This document shows positions 1 to 9,227 of a stretch of 64,000 nucleotides of DNA, one piece after another. This stretch comes from a virus. A program made the position numbers and the translations under genes. Position 1 is the stretch's first letter. Every line of letters begins with the position of its first letter. The notes below the pieces were generated by a model. The model had not been told where the DNA came from. It ran no database searches and saw only the letters and a program-made list of their open reading frames with translations. Location: the IMG/VR virus record IMGVR_UViG_3300025648_000012, positions 78,722-142,721 of that record. One strand, 5' to 3'.

Positions 1-1026
1 ATAGCAGCAAACGACGAGGTACTCGGCTCCGTATTTGAAACAGGAAGACAGCTCCGTAGAAAGTTAATTAAAAATCCAACAGAAGAAATACGGCAGGAAA
101 TAAAGAAAAAAGGTGACTTGCATATTCTTAATGTAAAGAGGTTTTTCAATAAATGGGTGGAAAAATCTGATCCATTGCGAGAAGCAGTTAAATCGGTTAT
201 ATTTGGAGCAATCTACTTAATGACAGCAAGAACTCTTGGTAGAAATACGAAAAAACCTGAGATTGTTGAAATACAAGCGTTAATGCGAAAAGCTCGAGAT
301 GAAAAACAACCCATTGAACCGTACATGGAAAGACTTGAGGAGCTTTTAGAAGAGGATAGAACCGAGTATGCAAATAACATTCTTAATAAACTATTTTCTG
401 CATTTAAGAAATCTTCAAAATGGTTAGATTCCGTTACAAGAAGTGCCGCAAAAAAGCAACAAGCAGAGTCTCCAATAGGCCGAGTTAGGCATCTTTGGGC
501 TACTCTTTTTGAAGATAAAAGTCTAACTGCTAAACAAATAAGAAGAGGAGCAAATGCTCCAATTCAGGGTTTTGGCTCTGAAATAGGTGTAGTTTCTTCC
601 TACTTAATATGCAATACGTGGAATAAACTCTTTCCCAAAGTAAATGTTGAGTTTAGCAGAATAATCCACGATGCGTCTTATTTCCATGTTCCAATAGAAT
701 ACTCTGTAGAGTTTATTCATGTTATGTCATACATGGCAACTACTGGAGTTGCAGATTACTATGAAAGGCATTTTGGACTAAAAATGGTAGTCAATCCTGA
801 GATAGAAATTGAGCTTGGAGTTTCCGATGACAAGTTTGAAAAATGGAATTGGGAACTGCCGTCTTTGGTTTCTTTAATGGAAAAAACACTAAAAGACAAG
901 GGGGAAACCCACAGTCTAAAGCACATATTTAGATCTTGGAAGAATAACTCAATGAAAAATTTTCCACTATTGAATGTAGAGTTATCCAAGGAATTGAGAA
1001 CTGAATACCAAAAACTTAGAGCATAA
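1..1026 (+). CDS. polA: Family A DNA polymerase, C-terminal part (5'-truncated by the window edge)
   Basis: Frame is open from base 1. Contains DLH, motif B REAVKSVIFGAIY, ESPIGRVR, RRGANAPIQG and motif C RIIHDA. Confidence 0.92.
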   Translation: MAANDEVLGSVFETGRQLRRKLIKNPTEEIRQEIKKKGDLHILNVKRFFNKWVEKSDPLREAVKSVIFGAIYLMTARTLGRNTKKPEIVEIQALMRKARDEKQPIEPYMERLEELLEEDRTEYANNILNKLFSAFKKSSKWLDSVTRSAAKKQQAESPIGRVRHLWATLFEDKSLTAKQIRRGANAPIQGFGSEIGVVSSYLICNTWNKLFPKVNVEFSRIIHDASYFHVPIEYSVEFIHVMSYMATTGVADYYERHFGLKMVVNPEIEIELGVSDDKFEKWNWELPSLVSLMEKTLKDKGETHSLKHIFRSWKNNSMKNFPLLNVELSKELRTEYQKLRA

Positions 1027-1029
1027 ACT

Positions 1030-1407
1030 ATGGTTGAAAGAAGAATCCAATACCTAACAGGTTTAGAATCGCTAATTACTTTTGAAGATCCTCCTGGAAC
1101 TTCACACATCTTTCTAATTGAAGCCTACCCTCTAAAGTTTAATATGTTTTGGGTAAGACTAGTAGAGTTAGAAAGGTTAGAAAAATCTAGAGCAATGAAA
1201 TCGTATTTAAGAGAATGTTGGTCTAACCGCATTTACTGTTCTTCTATTTTAAGTTTTATGCCAGCATTAGTATTATCAGTAGCAGAAAGAGTGGATTTAA
1301 GTAATCCAGAATTACTTCACCTAAATTTTGGCGGCTCTCTACTCAATGAGTATCCCAAGTTAAATTTAGAACAGTTAACGGGCAACCCAAACACTGTAGT
1401 TCATTAG
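1030..1407 (+). CDS. Hypothetical protein
   Basis: 125-aa ATG ORF packed tightly between neighbours. Confidence 0.6.
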   Translation: MVERRIQYLTGLESLITFEDPPGTSHIFLIEAYPLKFNMFWVRLVELERLEKSRAMKSYLRECWSNRIYCSSILSFMPALVLSVAERVDLSNPELLHLNFGGSLLNEYPKLNLEQLTGNPNTVVH

Positions 1408-1416
1408 GAGATTTTA

Positions 1417-2091
1417 ATGACACTTCAAACACTAATACCTTGTTTAACTCCTCAAGGAATACTCTTAGGAGCTTTTTTAATTACTCCAACAGATTTAACT
1501 AATGTTGGAGTTTTTAATTTTTCAGAAGGGTCAGTTTCACTAACTTGGATTACATATCCAGTGGATGCAACAAACCCTTCGGGACTTAGATCCTTTTACG
1601 CCTATGTTACAAATAACCCTTCGCAATTACCAGGATTTTCTTCTTTTGTCCCTGCGGATATAACCAACTATCAGAGATGGAATGCTCCTCAAGTGGGAGG
1701 TGGGTTATCATCTCAACAAAACAATCTTCTTGAAGTTATACGGGGTGGCTTTTACTCCAATAGGAATTTGTTAGTAGTACCCTCGTCAAGCGGAACTACG
1801 CCTACTCAACCCAATACTTGGGAAATAACTTTAGCTGCTTCTTCATTAGAAGGAATTACATTTGTTGACTTTGATTGGACACTTTTAATTGCTGGAACTT
1901 CCATACTTCCAACCTCAAATCCGACTGGTATGAAAGCTATAGTTGTAGGTACATCCAATCAAAACAACTTGTTCAATACGGTAAGAATACTGCTTCTTAC
2001 GAGCCCTACTCCTGGTACATATAGCTTTGGATTTTTAGTAACCCAGGTTAGCGGAACTGTAACTGCAACTCTTAATTTAATCATTGACTAG
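1417..2091 (+). CDS. Hypothetical T/S/G-rich protein, possibly virion-associated
   Basis: AGGAG RBS upstream. Composition resembles the beta-rich structural proteins later in the window. Confidence 0.5.
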   Translation: MTLQTLIPCLTPQGILLGAFLITPTDLTNVGVFNFSEGSVSLTWITYPVDATNPSGLRSFYAYVTNNPSQLPGFSSFVPADITNYQRWNAPQVGGGLSSQQNNLLEVIRGGFYSNRNLLVVPSSSGTTPTQPNTWEITLAASSLEGITFVDFDWTLLIAGTSILPTSNPTGMKAIVVGTSNQNNLFNTVRILLLTSPTPGTYSFGFLVTQVSGTVTATLNLIID

Positions 2092-2105
2092 CTTACAATT
2101 AAAAA

Positions 2106-2465
2106 ATGAAAATTTACATCTCAGGTCCTATGACAGGTATAGAAGACCTTAATTTTCCAGCCTTTCATTTTGCAGAAAAGGTACTAAAATCTGTTGCTCA
2201 GCAATTTAGCACTCATATAGAAGTAGAAAACCCTGCCAGTTGGGGGTTGCCAGCCGAACCCTATGAGGATTGCATAAAATTTGCTATTACTAAACTTATG
2301 GACAACTGTAAATATGTAATTGCATTAGAAGGCTGGGAAAACTCTAAAGGGGCTAACGCAGAAATAGCAGTGGCTATAGCCCTTGGAATTCCTGTTCTAT
2401 CTTTAGAGGACGTAACCTCAATTTTTGGAGAAAAGAATGAACAAACCCCAAATGAGTCTATCTGA
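2106..2465 (+). CDS. DUF4406 / nucleoside 2-deoxyribosyltransferase-like protein
   Basis: KIYISGPMTG...NFPAF, NPA and LEGWENSKGANAE..A..LG.PV motifs. Confidence 0.85.
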   Translation: MKIYISGPMTGIEDLNFPAFHFAEKVLKSVAQQFSTHIEVENPASWGLPAEPYEDCIKFAITKLMDNCKYVIALEGWENSKGANAEIAVAIALGIPVLSLEDVTSIFGEKNEQTPNESI

Positions 2466-2841
2466 CGTAATCACTGAACTTGAACTATCCTATAAGCAGG
2501 CACTTAGTAATCACGAACCCTATCTAAGGATAAGCTTTAGTGGGTTATTAAACACTTTAATACATCTTTATAACCAAAAAACACAACTAGAGAGGGAAAA
2601 TGCACTTGGAGGGAGTGCAGAACCTTTTATCTGGAAACCTATAGAAACTGCTCCTAAAGATGGAACTACCATACTTGGTGCGATTATCATTAGATGTACC
2701 CGCAAAGAAATTTCTTATATGTTTGCTGGAGCAGTAAATTACTTGGAAGGAGAGTGGTGCAGTGAGTATAGAGTTTCTAGAAAGAGCACTCATAATTTAA
2801 CTCATTGGATGACCCTTCCAAAAACACTTGAAGGAGAATAG
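2437..2841 (+). CDS. Phage protein with DUF551-like C-terminal domain
   Basis: WKPIETAPKDGT...THWMTLP. ATG at 2437 follows GGAG. Confidence 0.7.
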   Translation: MNKPQMSLSDVITELELSYKQALSNHEPYLRISFSGLLNTLIHLYNQKTQLERENALGGSAEPFIWKPIETAPKDGTTILGAIIIRCTRKEISYMFAGAVNYLEGEWCSEYRVSRKSTHNLTHWMTLPKTLEGE

Positions 2842-2842
2842 A

Positions 2843-3631
2843 ATGGAGAATAGTTTTGAAGTTTTAGGGAAAGGTTACGTAAAACTCATTGAACATTGGG
2901 GTTCAGACGAGAGAATAATTGAAGCTGCTAGAATGTCTACTTCAAAGGGGTTTAATGGGTGGGGCGAACCTTGTAAGAATTGTGAAGGTAAAGGAAACTA
3001 TTATATTGAACTTGTTTTAACACATTGCAAGGAATGTGATGGACAGGGGCATATTACTGGAGATGAAAAGCTACTCAAATTTCTATACACTAACAACCAC
3101 TCGACCCCCTTTGAGATGGCAGGTTTAATCATTGAAGTTAAAGCCCCTATCTTTGTATTTAGAGAATGGCATAGGCATAGGACACAGAGTTACAACGAAA
3201 TGTCGGCTAGGTATATTCCATTACCCAATGAAAACTACACTCCAACTCTTACTAGATTAATTTTAGGGTCTAAATTTACAGCAAATAAGCAAGCTACAGG
3301 TACAGCGGAAATAAACATTGCAAAGGCGGATCTTTGGCTATCTGAATTGGCAGCTTTGTATGCTTACGCTCAAGAAGTCTATGAGAAGGGACTGGAAGCT
3401 GGAGTTCCTAAAGAATTAGCAAGACTTTCTGTACCCGTTGCTAGGTTTAGTAGAATGCGCGCATCGGCTAATCTTCTAAATTGGCTAAAATTCTTAACAT
3501 TAAGAATGGATAGCAAAGCTCAATGGGAAATTAGAGAATACGCAAAAGCGGTTGGAAATTTAATTTCTCAGAAATTTCCAAAAACTTGGGAGCTTTTTGT
3601 AGAACATACGTTAAGGAGTGAGCAACAATGA
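2843..3631 (+). CDS. thyX: Flavin-dependent thymidylate synthase with an inserted CxxCxGxG zinc-finger pair
   Basis: HSTPFE and RHRTQSYNEMSARY ThyX signature, KELAR, AQWEIR. AAGGAG RBS before ATG 2843. Confidence 0.95.
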   Translation: MENSFEVLGKGYVKLIEHWGSDERIIEAARMSTSKGFNGWGEPCKNCEGKGNYYIELVLTHCKECDGQGHITGDEKLLKFLYTNNHSTPFEMAGLIIEVKAPIFVFREWHRHRTQSYNEMSARYIPLPNENYTPTLTRLILGSKFTANKQATGTAEINIAKADLWLSELAALYAYAQEVYEKGLEAGVPKELARLSVPVARFSRMRASANLLNWLKFLTLRMDSKAQWEIREYAKAVGNLISQKFPKTWELFVEHTLRSEQQ

Positions 3632-3912
3632 AACAAGATCCTAAGGTTTTATCTTCGTATAAGAGCATGGAAAATGAAGTAATGAACTTTTTCTTCGACC
3701 CTTCCAGAAATTCAAGTACAGTATTGCATGGACTTAATGCTTTGCAGTCTAAGATAGATAGTTTGATTTTAATTCTGGAAAAAGAAGTTGCTAATGAACA
3801 GGACATTGCTCAAGAAAAGGAAAACGCCTCAAGTGAAGAAAACTCGTCTTATTTGGATGCTTATGGAATTGGAAAAATACTAAAAAACTCTTTTTTAGGA
3901 AGGAGAACTTAA
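3628..3912 (+). CDS. Hypothetical protein
   Basis: ATGA overlap with thyX and a GGAG RBS. Confidence 0.6.
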   Translation: MKQDPKVLSSYKSMENEVMNFFFDPSRNSSTVLHGLNALQSKIDSLILILEKEVANEQDIAQEKENASSEENSSYLDAYGIGKILKNSFLGRRT

Positions 3913-4136
3913 TGTTTCCTTTTAGTAGGAGAAACCTGGTGTTTCCTGCAATTATGACTAATCCTAAAGTTTGCATTCCTTTAAGTAGTCCAGTAGTAAT
4001 TACTGGAGAGGTACTAAACCAAGGATTGCACTTTGATGAAGTGATTGTTAGAAACGGCAAAATCAAAAGCAAGTTAAATGGATTAAAGGGCAAGCCCCTT
4101 AACGGAAAGTTTAAGGTAATTTTAATTCCTGAGTGA
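3912..4136 (+). CDS. Hypothetical protein
   Basis: TAATG coupling and AGGAGGAG RBS. Confidence 0.6.
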   Translation: MFPFSRRNLVFPAIMTNPKVCIPLSSPVVITGEVLNQGLHFDEVIVRNGKIKSKLNGLKGKPLNGKFKVILIPE

Positions 4137-4142
4137 GCTAAA

Positions 4143-4637
4143 ATGGAAACTAATCAAAGTAAAAAGATCCTTTTATCCGAATCTACTTTTTTAGATATTG
4201 TAAAAGGATTGGCAAAAAAGATTCGGGAATCTGAAGAGTATTCTGTTTCTACGCTTAAATACATTGTTGCACCAAGCCGAGGAGGGTTAATTCCTGCGGT
4301 TCATCTGTCTCATTTGCTCAATCTCCCTTTAATTGTTTTAGAAAAACACGAGTTAACCTCCCTTAAATCTAAGGTAGAATTTAGGTACAGTTTAGACAAT
4401 GATGAAGCGGAGCAGTTTGAAAACATTAAAATTATTCTAGTAGAAGATATTTCTGATACAGGTAAAACCTTTCAGACCATGCTTAGCGGGCTGAACTCTA
4501 CAAAAAACGTAATAACAGCTAGCCTTGTTTGTAGAGGCACTACCTCATTTTCCCCTGACTTTTTCGGTAATTACTACATAGGTAACTCTTGGGTAGTATT
4601 TCCTTGGGAGCACAAACCCATAATCAATAAAAAATGA
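4143..4637 (+). CDS. Type I purine phosphoribosyltransferase (Gpt/Hpt-like)
   Basis: SRGGLIPA, PRPP loop IILVEDISDTGKT, C-terminal WVVFPWE. Confidence 0.9.
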   Translation: METNQSKKILLSESTFLDIVKGLAKKIRESEEYSVSTLKYIVAPSRGGLIPAVHLSHLLNLPLIVLEKHELTSLKSKVEFRYSLDNDEAEQFENIKIILVEDISDTGKTFQTMLSGLNSTKNVITASLVCRGTTSFSPDFFGNYYIGNSWVVFPWEHKPIINKK

Positions 4638-6682
4638 TTAACATTAAGAAATTTGGCGTTTCTGGAGTATTGTTTAATAAGCAAAAGCTAAAGGTTGAGC
4701 CAGGAGTAACTTACATATATGGCAAGTCTACTCAAGAAAATGGCAATGGAAATGCAGTAGGTAAATCTCTGTTTGCAACCTCTATAGCTGAAATTCTGTA
4801 CGATACTCCAATAGTCGGTACTCGCCAAGACAAGTCTACTGCTACGTATTTGCTCGAATTTGATTCTCACAGAGTAGTTTCTAAAAATAAAAAACTCTCC
4901 GTTACTGAAAATGGAAAGGCAATAAAATTTAGAACAAAACAACTAGCTTCAGAATGGCTTAAGAAGCATTTTCCAGTTTCCGAAGAAGAGTACAGAACAT
5001 ACTGTTTCTTAGATTCAATAACTCCACATCCTTTAGTTAGAGGAACTTCTTCACAGCGCAAGGAGTTCTTTACTAACTTCTTTAGAATATCCTCAATAGA
5101 TACCGCCCGTCGAGAAGTAAATTCTAAGCTAAACTACTTAAAAGTAGAAAGAGCAAAACTAAATGAGGTTGTAGCTCAACTAAAGGAATGTAGTACTCTG
5201 TCTAAACAAGAGTTTATCTCAAAACAATCTAGATATAAACACTTGCAAGAGGAGCTTGAAAAACTCTCAAAAAGCTACGAAGAGTACCAAAAAGCAACTC
5301 GAAATAATGAACTAAGAGCGTTGTATAGAAGCGACTTAGAAATAGCTGGAAATCTTTCCTACAAACGGTTAGAAAAACTAGAATTACTACTAACACAAAG
5401 ACAAAGTACAAATGATAAAGCGAAGGAATACTCGCAATATCTCAAAAGAAAAGAAAACTTTGAAGAGTTGGCTAAAGGGATAGACTTCTCTGTACCAATT
5501 GAAGAACTAGTCAAAGCCAACGATAAATACCAAAGACTTTTAGGCAAGTTGGTGGAACCAACAAAACCAAAGAAAGTAACTTTGCTAAAAAAGGTGGAAT
5601 TTTCTCAAGAACAGCTAGATGCCCTATCAATAGTTAATCAAAAAATAGCGTATGCAACTAAATTTTCTAAGGGCAAGTGCTTTGCTTGCGGTCAACCTGT
5701 AAAAGTAGAAGATTTGAGTAAGCTGCAAGAAAAAAAGAATGAGTTAACAAAGCTAAAACAGCAATCTGAAGACTATAAGAATTCAGTAGCTGAGTATAAG
5801 CTTTATAAAGAAAAAATAGTACTGTATAGAGAAGAGGTAGAGCAGTTTAGAAAAAACGAGGAAGAGTTGAAAAGACTAAAACCCTTTGTTAGGCTCTACA
5901 ATGCCAGAATAGAACTAGAAGAACCTAAACACGTAAAAAAGGTTAATTCTGTACCCACTAAAAAATTAGAAAAGTGCATTGCGGCTTTGAAAAGATGCTT
6001 ACCTAATAAAGATATTTTAGATCTTCCAGAAAGTAAAGTTGTAGAGTTTAATATGGAAGCTTTACTAAAATTACAAGAAGAATTTGCTCAGTTACGGGTC
6101 GAGCTTAAAGCTAACAAACTCAATAGGGAGAAAAGGATCACTCTGCTTGAGAGGAAAGACAAATTAGAAACTATTCTTAAAAATGAAAAAGCTCTTCAGT
6201 TGCTCTCAAAAGCGTATTCTGATAAGGAATTAAAACACCTTATAGTTAAGTCAATTTCTGAAAAATTAGTTGAGCTTGTTAACTTTTACAGTAAAGCAGT
6301 TCTTCCCTCCTCTACTTTTGATATTAAGTGGGGTACGCAACTTTCTATTTTGGCTACACGTAAATCTGGAACCACAGATGTTAGAAAGTTATCCGCAGCA
6401 GAAGCTAAGCTGTTTACTTTAGCTTTAGTATTGGCATTACTGCACTTTGTTCCTTTACATAAGAGGTGCAACTTGCTAATACTTGATGAGCCTTGCTCTT
6501 CATTTTCTCCTCATACTCGAGAAAAATTTTATTCATTTTTACCAATTTTACTAACTATTATACCCTCTATAATCGTGGTTACTCCAGACCCAGATGAAAG
6601 AATGCCTGGGGCTAGGGAATACACCATAGTAAGAAATAAAAAGGAGTCTAAACTTGTCTCGGGACACCCAACTGAAGCGTAA
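4634..6682 (+). CDS. SbcC/Rad50 (gp46-like) ABC ATPase
   Basis: Walker A NAVGKS, coiled coils with central CFAC zinc hook, signature LSAAE, Walker B LILDEP. Confidence 0.9.
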   Translation: MINIKKFGVSGVLFNKQKLKVEPGVTYIYGKSTQENGNGNAVGKSLFATSIAEILYDTPIVGTRQDKSTATYLLEFDSHRVVSKNKKLSVTENGKAIKFRTKQLASEWLKKHFPVSEEEYRTYCFLDSITPHPLVRGTSSQRKEFFTNFFRISSIDTARREVNSKLNYLKVERAKLNEVVAQLKECSTLSKQEFISKQSRYKHLQEELEKLSKSYEEYQKATRNNELRALYRSDLEIAGNLSYKRLEKLELLLTQRQSTNDKAKEYSQYLKRKENFEELAKGIDFSVPIEELVKANDKYQRLLGKLVEPTKPKKVTLLKKVEFSQEQLDALSIVNQKIAYATKFSKGKCFACGQPVKVEDLSKLQEKKNELTKLKQQSEDYKNSVAEYKLYKEKIVLYREEVEQFRKNEEELKRLKPFVRLYNARIELEEPKHVKKVNSVPTKKLEKCIAALKRCLPNKDILDLPESKVVEFNMEALLKLQEEFAQLRVELKANKLNREKRITLLERKDKLETILKNEKALQLLSKAYSDKELKHLIVKSISEKLVELVNFYSKAVLPSSTFDIKWGTQLSILATRKSGTTDVRKLSAAEAKLFTLALVLALLHFVPLHKRCNLLILDEPCSSFSPHTREKFYSFLPILLTIIPSIIVVTPDPDERMPGAREYTIVRNKKESKLVSGHPTEA

Positions 6683-7313
6683 TCTTTACGCAACAAATTA
6701 CTGGGCTCCACTTGATGTGCACGTTTATTTACGAAGGCACAAAATAGGGCACACTTTTGATAAAAAAATGTTCGGAGTACCTACTCTTGAATTACTAACC
6801 GACCTTCGTGGAGTTGACTCTCTTCTTCCTAAAATCTTCTTTGGAGCAACAAGTTCCATTCTATCCTATGGAATACCTTGCCTTGACTATACTCGTGGAA
6901 TGAAGGTCTGTATTGATTACGTCCTTAAAACTCCAAACTCAATAACTGTAAATAGAGGTTACAAGACGGTTATGGAGTATGTTAATAGTTGTTGTTATTC
7001 GTCTGCCTTATCAGAAGCAGAAACTGTAATTTTATCCATAAAGGATACTTCATTTAGAAAAAGGATTAGCCTAGAACTAATGAAGTACTTAAAAGGGGAA
7101 TTGACTGTAGTAAAATTACAAACTATTTGTGGCTTACATGAATATAGTAATGAACTATTGAGTGTTCTACCCAAACTAGATACTTTAAGGTTAGCAATTC
7201 AACATTCTAAGATTTCATCTGTTAAGGAAGCTTCCTCTAAATTTAGAGTGTCTGAGTTTGATATAAATTTTGTATTAGCGGAGAGAAAAAATGAGCATGA
7301 AGTTTCGGTTTGA
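6654..7313 (+). CDS. Hypothetical replication-module protein
   Basis: 219-aa ORF overlapping both neighbours. No motif recognised. Confidence 0.55.
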   Translation: MSRDTQLKRNLYATNYWAPLDVHVYLRRHKIGHTFDKKMFGVPTLELLTDLRGVDSLLPKIFFGATSSILSYGIPCLDYTRGMKVCIDYVLKTPNSITVNRGYKTVMEYVNSCCYSSALSEAETVILSIKDTSFRKRISLELMKYLKGELTVVKLQTICGLHEYSNELLSVLPKLDTLRLAIQHSKISSVKEASSKFRVSEFDINFVLAERKNEHEVSV

Positions 7314-8322
7314 AGTACCCTCAGTAAATGCTGTTCTTGATATAGTTACAGCACTAGCCCCACCTTCTGGAGGTTCCGTTAGCTTAAATGCTACCAATGG
7401 AAAATTGGTAGTAACTTCTAAATCTGAGTTGGATTTAGTAGTGGCTAAAATTCCTTGTGAGGTCGAAGGTTCTGCTCATTTTGCTATTACCTTAGATACA
7501 TTTAAGCAAGCAGTTAAGGGCAAATCTGCAATGCAAGGGGAGTTTCTTAACGACCAAGGTTTGGTATTAACCAGTAAAAACTATAAAGCAGTTTTGGCTA
7601 CTTCTGATGCAGATTCAGTTGAGTATCCAAAAATTGAACCAGATGAGGTTCTAACTATTACTCCTGAGATGGGGAAATTTCTACTCAAAGCTGTGAGTAA
7701 AGTAGCGCTATCCCCATTGGGTGAAACTTGGATTCCTCTATCTATTGTTAGTACGGAAAAAGGAACAACTGTTATATGCTATGACCCCTACAAAGTTTTG
7801 TGGATGAAAAATTCTAAACTTGTTGGTAATTTTAGAGTAACCCTTCCAGTAACCACAATTAAAAATATACTATCTTCGCTATCTGGTAGAGAAATAACTC
7901 TAAATTTGACTAAACAATTAGTTGAAGTTAAAGCAGGCTTAGTTAAGGCAGCTGTTGCACTTCCTGGAGAAAGTACAATTCCTTTAGACTCTGTTCTTGA
8001 GATTATTAAAAAGAAGAATACAAGTGAGTTAAATGAGTTGGATAAAGAAGAAGTCTCTAGTTTTTTAGAAAATGCTAAAGCAATAGCAGTTGGAAAATTA
8101 TCTGAAATATCTGCCAAGGAAAATGTATGGAAAGTATCTTCGGATAGTGGCTCCATTTCTGCCAAGTTAAAAAATGCAAACTTGACCTTCAAGATGGATT
8201 GCACAGTATTGAGCGACTTAGTTGGAAAATCCTCGAAGGTAGTGTTGATGGGGGTAAATGAGAGTGCGTATTTCTTTTCATTAGGGGATAACGCCTTTGC
8301 TTATGGTTCACAAAATCAGTAA
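7291..8322 (+). CDS. Sliding clamp (DNA pol III beta-like)
   Basis: About 340 aa with a repeating alpha/beta pattern similar to the three-domain DnaN fold, located in the replication module. Confidence 0.65.
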   Translation: MSMKFRFEVPSVNAVLDIVTALAPPSGGSVSLNATNGKLVVTSKSELDLVVAKIPCEVEGSAHFAITLDTFKQAVKGKSAMQGEFLNDQGLVLTSKNYKAVLATSDADSVEYPKIEPDEVLTITPEMGKFLLKAVSKVALSPLGETWIPLSIVSTEKGTTVICYDPYKVLWMKNSKLVGNFRVTLPVTTIKNILSSLSGREITLNLTKQLVEVKAGLVKAAVALPGESTIPLDSVLEIIKKKNTSELNELDKEEVSSFLENAKAIAVGKLSEISAKENVWKVSSDSGSISAKLKNANLTFKMDCTVLSDLVGKSSKVVLMGVNESAYFFSLGDNAFAYGSQNQ

Positions 8323-8331
8323 AAAATAGCA

Positions 8332-8721
8332 ATGACTTACTCCAGTATAATTACTACCTATAGTGACCTTCCTAAAAATTACTTTTGGAAAAAAGAAAAT
8401 GGGACTCTTTTTCCAACAGTTGACCTTAACAAAGGAATTTACACAGTAGGCGCCCCTTTGGACTTATCACTGTTTAGCTCTGTTTTTGTGCTTAACCAAG
8501 GCAACAAAGAAGTAGGATATTACTTTCAATCCCCTTATAAGGAAAAAGTAAGTAAATTTTTTTACTTAACTTGGTTTAGAAGTAATGAAGGAAAGGCAGA
8601 ATCCTACAGAGCGTCATTAAAAACCGAAAATTTACTCATTCTTAATTTTGAAAACCATGGCTTATTAGCAATATCCCCTCAATGGAATTTTAGACTGTCC
8701 CAAATATTTGAGAACCAATGA
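8332..8721 (+). CDS. Hypothetical protein
   Basis: ATG ORF with ATGA overlap to the next gene. Confidence 0.55.
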   Translation: MTYSSIITTYSDLPKNYFWKKENGTLFPTVDLNKGIYTVGAPLDLSLFSSVFVLNQGNKEVGYYFQSPYKEKVSKFFYLTWFRSNEGKAESYRASLKTENLLILNFENHGLLAISPQWNFRLSQIFENQ

Positions 8722-9227
8722 AACTTATGTTCACCTCATCCAAAGAATTCCAAAAATTTAAGCAAGAATTTGCAAATAGAGTCGAGATAGACCAGGACAC
8801 TCTTATAGCTGAAATTCTTACTCTTCATAAATCTAGGTTATCACGAAACATAGTTGGAGAAAAACGGTACTCTCCTAAAACGCTCATTGATGCTTCCCTT
8901 AGTGACTTATCTACTCGAGCTAGATTTACTGAGTTATTTGTGAGATTAGATATCAATGTGTCCAAGATGGAGCTTTTAATTAAAGTAATAACTAACTATA
9001 TAGTTTCAGAGTATGGGGAAGAGTTAAAAGCTGAGTACAAAACAGTAGGAGAAAGAAACGCCTATATTGACCGTAAACTGGCTAAATACAAACGACAGAT
9101 AAAAGAGGGGCAACAAGTAATGGAGATGCTTCAAGCAGTAATAAAAGACATAGACATGGGAGGGTATTTGCTAAAAACTTGTATTGAATCCCTAAAACTT
9201 ATTGACCCTAAAAACAATGTGGTCTAA
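8718..9227 (+). CDS. UvsY-like recombination mediator (putative)
   Basis: All-helical protein with KTVGERNAYID segment, directly upstream of a UvsW-like helicase. Confidence 0.5.
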   Translation: MKLMFTSSKEFQKFKQEFANRVEIDQDTLIAEILTLHKSRLSRNIVGEKRYSPKTLIDASLSDLSTRARFTELFVRLDINVSKMELLIKVITNYIVSEYGEELKAEYKTVGERNAYIDRKLAKYKRQIKEGQQVMEMLQAVIKDIDMGGYLLKTCIESLKLIDPKNNVV

